Assembly (NCBI RefSeq): GCF_964355755.1
Contig: NC_092676.1
Coordinates: forward strand, 15,952,871 to 16,016,870
Direction: 5' to 3'
Length of the DNA stretch: 64,000 nt
DNA from: Antedon mediterranea
Lineage: Eukaryota; Animalia; Echinodermata
This document shows positions 38,501 to 50,500 of this stretch, piece after piece. Under the pieces are notes generated by a model. It did no database searches, was not told the DNA's origin, and saw only the letters and a list, made by a program, of their open reading frames with translations. Position 1 is the stretch's first letter. Every line of letters begins with the position of its first letter. Both the position numbers and the translations under genes were made by a program.

Positions 38501-41500
38501 GTAAATTATGATAAAAAGTGAGAAACAATGCACTACCTACAGTAAGTAGCTCGCGGCGATCTCGTGGACGGTCTTAGGCCTAGCCTAGCTAGGCTTAGTT
38601 TTGTAGGCCTAGCTGGTAAACATCGGTAACGTACGAACATCGTACGCTAGCTATATACCTAGCCAGACTCCGTTGATACAAATTGGGGAAAACCCGGTAT
38701 TTTCGCTGAAAAGTTAGGAGTCTTCCATTTGTTTTGGCCTCACGATCGATCGAAAAGTGGGCGAATTACAGGTGAAAAACAAAAATATCAATCCGCGCGC
38801 AATGCATTTTGGGATTTATAGCGGGCCGCTATAATTATTAGAATCGACTTATTTTTCACATTTTGAACCGTTTAAAGACGAAAAAAGTTATCGCAATAGG
38901 ACCATATAGTATTATTTTTACATTAAATATAGTTTGTGATCTTAAATTAGATCTAAAAAACGCAGGGAAGGGGGCTTTAAACACTTAAATATCAGCTAAA
39001 TTTATCTACTACAGTGCTATAGCCTTTTTTCGCAATGGATTTGAAAAATGGTAAATTTAACCACGGTTAACTATACCAATGTCATCGCACTTGCATATTT
39101 TCATGCAGTAAATTTATTTATGTTTGATTTAACTTTACTGTAAAAAAACAAAGAGTCACACGTTCCGGATTGGACTTTTAGCCATCGTGGTTAGTTTACT
39201 GAGACTAGAGAGACTCTGGTAAGTTCTACTGGGTAAAATGGTAAATTTAACCACGGTTAACTATACCAATGTCATCGCACTTGCACATTTTCATTCAGTA
39301 AATTTATTTATATTTGTTTTAACAGAATTTAACTTTACTGTAAAAAAACAAAGAGTCACACGTTCCGGATTGGACTTTTAGCCATCGTGGTTAGTTTACT
39401 GAGAGAGACTCTGGTAAGTTCTACTGGGCAGAAAGTGGTCGGTAAAATTAACCATTAGAATTGTAGCCAGTATTCGGATTGGACTTTTGTTGGTAACTTT
39501 AGCTGGTGACTCGGTTAATTTGACCAAATGTCCAATGTGATCAAAGTTTACAATACAAAGTTACAAGCCACACATCATCCAGTGCAACTTCAAGGAAGAA
39601 AGATAAAATTATGAGAAAGGTACTGTAACTACAGTACTGTACTATTAATGACCTAATGTATGAAAACAAATGTAGAAAGAAATGTGTGGTAGCTAGGGTA
39701 TGCATTTCACAACCCTTGTTGATAACCACAGCACTAATTGGTTAAATTTGATCTACTGTACAAAGTTAAAGTGATAATTACTTTATTCACAATTCAATTC
39801 AATTCAATTTACAATTTTTACAAATTACAATTTTACAACATCACCCAACAGTACACCAAAAATAAGCGAGTACTCTTCAGTTTGGTGACTATTATTTAAA
39901 TACATCTACATAACAACAATATGTACAAAAAAAAAGTAAAAAGTAATAATCATGCTCAAGATAATCAAAATATTTCACGAAATCCGCACAAAATAACATG
40001 TTCCAAATGAGACTAGTTCACATCATAAGAAGTAAGTTTATCTAATTATGTATTTTTATGCATCTTCTTTTACTGTTTACTTTTCTGATTGTTAACACTT
40101 TGACTGCCAAACACGAAGATCTTCGTTTTTGGAAACACAACGCTTGACTGCCAAACACGAAGATCTTCGTTTTTCACGTTTTTTTACGAAATCCGGTAGA
40201 TAGGTTAATTATTGGTATATACTATAGATATGGACACTAAATTCGGTCTGGACCGTGAATATTTTACTTTTTGAAAGTAACTAATCTGGTTACGAACGAT
40301 TGTCAAAATGGTACCTGTCGAAATAACATACACCGCGCATCACAGTAGCGCGTACAGCGATGGTTTGGCGCATTGTGTATCGGTCGCGCGCTAGCTATGC
40401 CGCCGAAGCATTTACAAAGGTTTATGTGGATTGGCATGTTTGTTTGTTATCTGAATAAAAAATAATGGATGAATTTTCAATAAGAAGTCTTTAATTTTAT
40501 TATTGTATGTATACCCTAAATTGTTTTGGTGTTTCACTGTAAGTGGCCGAGTTTCACGCAACAAACTTGTTTAGAAATGGTATGAATATTATCATCAGTT
40601 TACTAGCTAGGCTATAGTAAAACTAGGCTATAGCCTAGGCCTAGTCGGAAAACGGTTCCGGACCAACTTTAGGCCTAGTTAACCAGGCCTGGTGTCTTTA
40701 CTATGTGGATTTTGGCGAAACATTGATGTAAGATTTATGATTTATAAAATGTAATACATTTTTCGATAGTGATAACTTGTTTTTATAGGCCTACCGGTGC
40801 CGTGTAAGTAACTTTTTCGTTGTTTGTTGATCTCACCGGGCGATATTTTCATATTGTGATGTCTTGCACAAAATCGCGAATATCTCGACTTTCTTGCGCG
40901 AAACTATGAAAAACTAAAAAAGTGCGTTACTTTCATTTTACTATTACGATTTACATATTGCGATTTGAAAATCGTTCTTGGTACCATTGTAAAGCTAAAA
41001 TCTTTATGATTATTTTAGTCTAAATTACATGTAAATCAGATCACATACATAGTTTCAATCAGCTTTAATAAAAACATCGAATTGGGCTATAAACGCTGGC
41101 GGTGGCAGTTTCTAACTGGAAAAACCTCTGGCAGTCAAAGTGTTAAATCTGTTTAAAGCAGCACTAATAACAGCAGTCCTATCAAATAACACAAAAGACG
41201 AATTTAAATACTTTAAAAAGAACATAAATTTTGCAAAACGTCAACATTTGTGTGGGAGGGCGGTATTTAATTGAATTATATTATGCCATGGATGTATTTT
41301 TGGTACTGTACTATATACTGTAAGGTTACATGTGCGAGTGTTCAGCGTATTTTACCGGCGATAGAAGGTAGAGTAATAGAAGGTTATTGGTACGTTGAAA
41401 TATATTGTAGATAAAATGCATTGACATCATTATAGAATACTTTAAGATTCTGTGATTGATTGATAATCCTATTATACTTATATTTACCATGTTAATTAAC

Positions 41501-44500
41501 TATTTATTTATTTATTTATTTATTTGGAATTGCACTTTTAGATCGGTGGCACACAAAGGTGCATCCTTCACAATAACAATATAAAATATAACATTAACAA
41601 TTAACAGAAAAGTAAAAAGGCAAAAGCAACTATCAGCCCCTATCCTACCCCCCCCCCCCCCCCCACCAATTTACATCGATACATACAGTAGATCATTACT
41701 TTACACAAATGAATACAAAACAAAATATAGTAAAAGTGTATTAAATAAAATCACCTGACTAAACACAGGTTATTACGTAAACCCACAAACCCCCTCACCC
41801 ACCCCTTTTCAATTTACTTAATGTAGCAATGTAGATAACATAGTTTATTGAGTCATGGAATTCAGTGAATCATTTCAAAATTTCCATGCTTGTTTTAGGT
41901 ATCTTTTACAAAAACTATCCAAAATATTTTCACACTCTTCATCAATTAAATTATCTGAGTATCCCAAAATATATTTAAGTTTGTCATTTTCATGAGAAGT
42001 ATAAAAAGTATCAAACATATCTTTGCTGCAATTTCTATACATATCCACATATAAATTAAATAATTCCTGATTACGTATATTATTTAAAGCTGGACAATTA
42101 AGGATGAAATGATGGATGTCTTCGTTCGAATTTGTACCGCATAATTTACATTTTTTATTATTATCAATATTCCAATTTGCAGTTCTATCATTCAAAACTA
42201 GTGAAATGATATTGTATGTTGTTTATTATTATTATTATGGTTATTATGATGTATGGTCATTCACAAGTATGTGCATACCGTAGGTATGCTAGTTACAAAA
42301 CATGGCGCAAAAATGGGATGTCCCTGTTCTTGTAATGGATAATGTTTAAAATGGGATGTCCCTGTTCTTGTAATGGATAGTGTTTAAAATGGGATGTTCC
42401 TGTTCTTGTAATGGATAGTGTTTAAAATGGGATGTTCCTGTTCTTGTAATGGATAATGTTTAAAATGGGATGTTCCTGTTCTTGTAATGGATAGTGTTTA
42501 AAATGGGATGTCCCTGTTCTTGTAATGGATAGTGTTTAAAATGGGATGTCCCTGTTCTTGTAATGGATAGTGTTTAAAATGGGATGTTCCTGTTCTTGTA
42601 ATGGATAGTGTTTAAAACGGGATGTCCCTGTTCTTGTAATGGATAGTGTTTAAAATGGGATGTCCCTGTTCTTGTAATGGATAGTGTTTAAAATGGGATG
42701 TTCCTGTTCTTGTAATGGATAGTGTTTAAAATGGGATGTCCCTGTTCTTGTAATGGATAGTGTTTAAAATGGGATGTTCCTGTTCTTGTAATGGATAGTG
42801 TTTAAAATGGGATGTTCCTGTTCTTGTAATGGATAGTGTTTAAAATGGGATGTCCCTGTTCTTGTAATGGATAGTGTTTAAAATGGGATGTTCCTGTTCT
42901 TGTAATGGATAGTGTTTAAAATGGGATGTCCCTGTTCTTGTAATGGATAGTGTTTAAAATGGGATGTTCCTGTTCTTGTAATGGATAGTGTTTAAAATGG
43001 GATGTCCCTGTTCTTGTAATGGATAGTGTTTAAAATGGGATGTCCCTGTTCTTGTAATGGATAGTGTTTAAAATGGGATGTTCCTGTTCTTGTAATGGAT
43101 AGTGTTTAAAATGGGATGTTCCTGTTCTTGTAATGGATAGTGTTTAAAATGGGATGTCCCTGTTCTTGTAATGGATAGTGTTTAAAATGGGATGTCCCTG
43201 TTCTTGTAATGGATAGTGTTTAAAATGGGATGTTCCTGTTCTTGTAATGGATAGTGTTTAAAATGGGATGTTCCTGTTCTTGTAATGGATAGTGTTTAAA
43301 GTTATTTTACTACTTTGTAAGAATAAATGAATTCGTTTATGATATTGTAATGTAATACTAGGTTTATGGATAGATTTCTTGTAATGCTATGAAGAATTTG
43401 AGATTGGTTTGCTCGGAGCCGGTAAACTGCCATTTAATTTACCAGACGACGCAATGGGTTTGAATGTACATTTTTATGTTTTGTGCATATTTCTTTGTGT
43501 ATGCTGATTGGTAAACATCTGAGTATATGAATGTGAACCGATGATGTTGCAGGTGTAATTATATTGAACATGTATGTACAGTATGAATGTGACTTGATGT
43601 TCCAGATAATAATATATATCGAATGAAGCAAAGAACCCGTCTGTGATTTTATTTGTATGCAGTCTCTAGCTACCACATTTGCAAATATTGAAACTCTTTA
43701 AGCTACAAATTAGTGTATTCTATTCTTTGTATGAATTTGATTCTGCCAGTGTTATCCTAATACTAGAAAGAATTTCCAGTAAATCAAGCAAAGTATGAAT
43801 TATTATACTATTTAACATGTAATTGTTATTGCTCTTTATAGTCTATGTTTTTAATGGCTCTAGGCCTAACCTACCAGTATGCGATAATGGTTTATTTCAT
43901 GTGTAATTTTCTGAAACCATACCGGTTAGAGCCAAAAAAACCTGTTAATGTTATTTAAAGTGTTTTTACAATGAATACCAAATCCCATTTCTAGTCCAGT
44001 TCAACATAGGTGTCCTTGTCCTACAAGTTGGAGGTCTCTTTTGTTGTGGAAAATCAAATTTTTGAATTGAAACAAAATGATAGAAATTTATATTTATTGT
44101 GTCTAGATGGTTTATTTACAAGGTACACTCAAAATAAAAGAAGTGTAAACTTGCTTGTAAAGTGAAAGAATTTTGTAGTTTCATTCAATAAATCATAGCC
44201 TGACACAATTCCATTCTCATGTTGCTATAAATTTACCAATAAAACAAGATTAATTCAGAGGTCAGGAAAGGGTCACCAATCCAAAGAATTATAATACAGT
44301 CGACTCCGCCTAAGTCGAATCTAATTAATGGGACCGGTATAAAAATTTGAGTTACGCGAACTTCGACTTACAGATTTGCAAAAAAAAATGCTAGGCCTAG
44401 GTTCACTCACTAGCTGCGCTATGGCTAGGCCTAGTGGACCCTGTCCTGTTGCGATCGCGGCCCACGCGATGAGCCTTCTTGAATTGAGTTTGCTTAGCTA

Positions 44501-47500
44501 GCTAGCTAGGCCTAATAAATGCTAAGCCTCTTTATCGGCAATGATAAACTGTATTTTCTTTTATGGTTTAAGCCCGAAACAATACAAAAACGTATATTAA
44601 ATACATTTCGGTTCTTATTTGAAATCGGTATCCATTGTTTATTGCCATCTGTCTAGCACAAAATAGGTACCCACAAAACACCGCTCAAGTTCTCAACTCT
44701 GAAAAACAACTCATACACTATACACTAGCGCGAGTTGTAGGACGCCGCCTATACTATACAACCTGCTTGAGAGAACCGATATGATCCCACATTATCCCCT
44801 CTGTCGTTTGTTTATCGAATTACATACGTTTCATCGGCTTTTTTAGCGCGTTGTTGCCGCGTAATTTGTGACTTCGTCTTACACGATATAAATCACTAAA
44901 GAATGTGTCTATTCGAACCGCAAAAAGACGTCGACTTAGACGAATTTCGACTTAGAAAAATTCGACTTACAAATAAAAATTACACAGTAATGTATAGGAA
45001 AGAATTGGGACTTTCCTAAAAATTCGACTTTCGTGATTTTTTGACTTACGCGAATTCGACTTGCGCGGAGTCGACTGTACATTCAATTCTTACTTTACTG
45101 TCACAAAACAAAGTTTTCTCAGATATTAAAAAAAAAGATGAAAGTTCAAATAGTGTCAAACGATTAGAGAAAAAAAGTAGATTGGGTTGGGTTGTCTGAA
45201 TATTAGTCTGCGTGCCACACAACAAATATGTGCTGTAGATATATACAATAATACGAATTGTGACTAAAGGTTAAAGCCTTGTCTACACTATCAAACTAGT
45301 TTGACAAAAAAAGTTTGATGCACCCATGGTAGTGGTATACCCAAATATGGTACGGTAGTGATATGATCATCATGTCCATATATAATATGGGCACATCACA
45401 TTTTTTTTTCACATACAGTTTGATAGTGTAGACAGAGCTTAAACCTCAAACTTTATGTGACAAAAAAATATGATGTGCCCATATGGACATGATGACATCA
45501 TATCACTACCACTAAGGCACATTACATTTTTTTGTCAAACTAGTTTGATAGTGTAGACAAAGCTTTAAAAGATATAACAGGTATTTAGTACAGTATAAAT
45601 TACATTTGTATGAGTTGAATGGAGAGAATATCAATACCATTCATTGAAAGGGGATAATACAAAATCCTTAATGCAACCAATCCAATGGCAATGATACACT
45701 TGATATAAAATAATAAATATGAAATTTTATGTTTGAATGTATACACGATGACAGTTATCGGTCATGGGTTTTTTCTTTCTTTTTTTCTAAATCTAAGGCA
45801 CTTATTTAGTGGGAATATCAACACAGCGTAAAATATTGTACATAATACACAAAATAAACATAATGGTTTATACATTTCTTTTTTTTAGGTCTGATATATT
45901 TTGGTAAGAAAAAGCTCTTAAAACATTTATTTTTTCTGAAAATTCATGCTAAACTAGACATGAACTTTGCCATGAAATACTATATTGACCTAATATTAAG
46001 TAACTTATAAAGGAGGGCATTTCTGAATGAAATTTAGTCTATAGGGAAATCAACTAAATTGAACATGTGAATTACATGGTATTTTGAATGAACTTAACTG
46101 GTCCACTGGGACAAACACCAAATGAGTCCAGCCTGAGATTTTATTGGGTCATGAAGTTCTTGGATAAAGGGAAAAGCCAAGTATATTAAGACAATATTTT
46201 TTAAATAGTTTGAAATCATTAAACTTGAATGAATAAAATAGAGGCTGGAATATCAAATTTAAACATTTTGATATAAAGTTTGTGGTACTGTACACGACGT
46301 TATATAATTTTGAAAAGAGTTGTAAAGCTTCTCTATTAACATCCTGCGTTGAATAAATGCCTCCCTCGATTAAACATCCCCCATGGAACATTGTGCAGAA
46401 TAAACGTCTCCTTATCTTACTTTTCCTTGAATAAACGTCCCCACCACATTGATTACACAATAATATAACATATTTATATTTGAACAGTATAGAATGTACT
46501 GACTGCAGATGATCTAACATTTTATTTATCAAGCCTTTGATATAATTTGTACTGTATTTTATAAATGTTTGGTTTTGTTTTTATATCAAAACATGTTTAT
46601 AATATTATAGTTACTATTTTTAATAATAAAGCAGAGCCTTCATATATTCAGTATCGCTTAACAACTGCCACCAATACATTTATTCACATGGGAATATCAA
46701 AATAAACATGAAATATGAATGTTGATAGATACACATGTTTACAAACATGTGTGTTATTAAAATAAAAATATACTTTTCATCCCAAAACTGACCTAATTCT
46801 CACACATAAACCATTTTGGTGTCAGAATTTGGAAGAATGCCAATAAGTACTAAATCTACTTTTAGAAGAATAGAAGAACACTGTGAGTGTGATTAAGTTT
46901 GCTTTGAAAAATAGTGGAACTTTCAAATAATTGTTTAAATTGAATAAAGTATGACACTACAGTTGAGATAGATTAGGTGGATTGGACATTCCATAACGTT
47001 AAGAAATCTTAGCCCATTTAAAGTTAAACTGGACTGTCCAATCCCCACAAGCAATTACAGTAGGTTGATCGGTATCCTAGGGCCTGTTTCTGCTGCAACT
47101 GCTCAAAATATGGTATAAAATATGGTATTTCTTATACTGTATTATTTAGTACCCCGTTTCTGTTAACAATACTTCTTGGGTGGTCGTGTTAAATTTCATC
47201 CTTTTTACCCAAATTGCCATTCATTTATTTGGTCGATAATTCAAAGTCGCAATAAAGGAAGTTACGCCTCACTTTCAACACGATAGCCCTAGTATTAGTA
47301 AGTTATTGTCTTTTGCAATGTTGTACTGCTTTCGCAGGCTCTTCAGCTTTGAGTTTACTTGCTTTTGAGACAAGTCTATTCCGTACTCCTGCTTTATTTT
47401 TTTAGAAATGTCTTTATAAATGTGGTTGTCCCTTTTATTACCTTTTAGGTGGCCGGACATTTAGCTTCCCCTTCCCCTCCTTCCCCACACCCTCCTTCCC

Positions 47501-50500
47501 CACACAGATTTATATAGTAAATACTGTGACGTTTTCGCTCCACATTTTCGCCAAATATATCTATACACGTGTGTAAAACAGCTGACAGCGACAGAAAATA
47601 AAAACTTGATGTTGACCTCATGTCGCAGGTAAAAAAAAATACGGTATTTTTTATTGGCATCAGAAAAGGGTACAAAAAATACGGTATAAATTTGTAAATA
47701 CCGTATTTTATCCACGAATTTTGTGGGGAAAATACGGTATACAAAATACGGTATTTTTTTTATAAGCGCAGTTTCTGCTGCCAAAAAAATACGGTATACA
47801 GGTATGAATACCGTATAAAATACGGTATTTTCTTGGCAGCAGAAAAGGGCGCTACATTACTTTAGAAATATTGAACAAAATAAATGCTTGCAATTTCAAT
47901 ATAGGCAGGCTCCTACTTTTGATCAAACCTACATCACACAGAAGACAATTGGTCCAGAAACAGATGTGGACTACAAATCAGATCTGGGCCCTCCTGACGT
48001 ACTTTTTGTTCATTGTTGGTAAAACCAGACTACCCCAAAGAGGATTCAGATTGAGAGAGAGGAAGCCACCAATATGAGGTTGTTTATGTAATTTTGTCCC
48101 TTCTTTTATTAATTTTCCATATAAGGTCAAGGAAAGAGTTCAAACTCATTGTATCAATTGGGAAGGAAGGAAGGAAATATTGAAAAGAAATTATTGTTAG
48201 GTTAACAAATACGGTACCTATAAACTGCATCTCATTAATATTATATTACAGGTTATATTTCATGCTTTTTATCTTCACAGATAAACACCATTTAAAGTAA
48301 TTTGAACTACCATATTGTGTCTAATAAATTACACCAACTACAAATTGAATTATCCGACAGTTACACCTTGTGTATGTAGGATGGTGGTAAAACCCAATGT
48401 TCTGAAAATGGTATAGTCCGTTGTTAGGGATAATGTCCATTGGTATTACACTTACAGCAGAGTTATTATTATTCAGAAAGAATTCAAGTTTCTACAGGCC
48501 TGTTTCTGCTGCACAAAGTACCCTCAAAATACGGTATAAAAATACAGTATATTTTATACCGTATTTTTGGGTACCTGTTTCTGCTAGAAGTACTATCTTG
48601 GGTGGTTGTGTTAAAATTCCTCTTTTTTACCAAACCTGCCGTTCCAGTGGCGGATCTAGAGGGGGTGAATAGGGTGGCTAGCCACCCCCCTTAATTCTCA
48701 AAAAAAAAAAAAAAAGATGCAACCTAATCGCGATTGACCGTCGCTAGACGTGGATTAATCTTTTAATTAAGAAGAGTAGGCCTAGCTAGGCCCTACTAGA
48801 GCTAGGGTTAGCATTAATAGTTGTGTGTAAATAGGCCTACACAGTGAAAGAGCTAAGAGTTCAATTAGGCCTACTATTATGAATTCAAGAGTTTAAAAAG
48901 AAAACACGATTTACAATCTTCGGAAAATACCCATTTTCAAAACACACGCACTCCTAAAACTACCAGCGTCACGTTGTCAAGCTCGCTCCTCGTGTGAATG
49001 CTGACGTCATCACTCTCCAAAATACACCATTTTCCATTGCAGTTAATTTCCGCCGCCCTGGTCCGTGTGTGCACAAGCGTTAGCGTGGTATATTTACACC
49101 CCTGAGTGGAGTGTAATATCGGGAACTTTTTTCTCGCGCATGAAAGTTTTTTGTATAATATTATGGTATGCAGTATAAACGATAAAAATAAACGAGAAAC
49201 ATGGTGTTCTTTTATTATTTTATAGGCATAAAATAAACATGAAATGTCTTGTATGTACACGGGACGGCCGAAAAAAGTATGTGGCGTATTTGGCGTTTTT
49301 TGATTTGTGTTATAGACACGGCGATTACTGCAATCATTGTATACCAAATTACATTGAGTTATTCACCCGGCTGTAGGGTATATATCTCTGAGGTTAACAG
49401 ACCACCAAAACACGGTACACAACACATGCACTCTATCGAGGCATTTTCGGAGTACCGCATTACCAAATGTTCATTTTGTTTGAAGGTTTTTCAATCAAAG
49501 TTTATTATTAGTTCGTCGAAAAAGATCCGTACAGTATTTAGGAAGGATGTATTTAAATTTACATTATGTAATATTTGTTATTAAGTGTGATGGAAACAGT
49601 TTCTCTAGCCTATTAAACAGTGTGTAAGCATCTATTTTTTCAAAATTTTTTGGAGCCTCGGCAGGGGGACACCCCCTCCCAAACCCTCCCCCGCTCGGTG
49701 CTACGCACCTCGTTTCCCACTTTCGTGGCCACCCCCGCTCGTCAGATCCTAGATCCGCCACTGCGTTCGATTCCTCCAAAATGGGGACAAGTTATTCCTT
49801 CCTTGCCTGAATTAGAATTTGTTATCTTTGGCAATGGTGTAGCCTGTGCTTTCACAGTCTCTGTCTGTTTTGTTTATTGACTTGTTTCAACGACAAGTTT
49901 GCACACCCCATACTCTCCTTTAATTTTTGCTAAATTTCTTTCTGATCTGGCTGTCCTGTTTGTTCCCTTTTAATTTTCTTGAAATCTTTGTTTCCCCAAC
50001 AGATTATTTGCAAGTGTTGTGATGTTGTTCCTTACTTTTGTTGACTACTATAGGTTATCCATCCAATGTAAAAAGCTTACAGAAAATCAAAATATACAGT
50101 ATTTTTTATTGGTAGTAGAAAAGGGTAACCAAAATATGTAACCAAAATACGGTATAAATTTATAAATACTGTATTTTATCCACAAATTTGATGGGGGAAA
50201 AACGGTATACAAAATATGGTATATTTTTTATGAGCACCGTTTCCGCTGCAAAAAATATACCGTATACAGTATTAAAAAAATACCGTACAGAAACAGGCCT
50301 ACAAGAACTGAAGGATATTTTGATTAGTGGTTCACTGGTGGTTTTATATCACCCACATATTTATTTTGAAATTAATTTTGGATGATGGATGAGTTTCTGT
50401 TTCTTTTGCTACGAACAGATTGAAACAATAAATGAATAAATTAGTAATTACCTACATTTTTTCTACAGAAATTGGATAAAATTCAAACACATACACTATT

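Noticed and set aside
42310-43297. 38-bp repeats of CRISPR-like length
   Set aside because: Head-to-tail tandem units with no spacers; this is a minisatellite.
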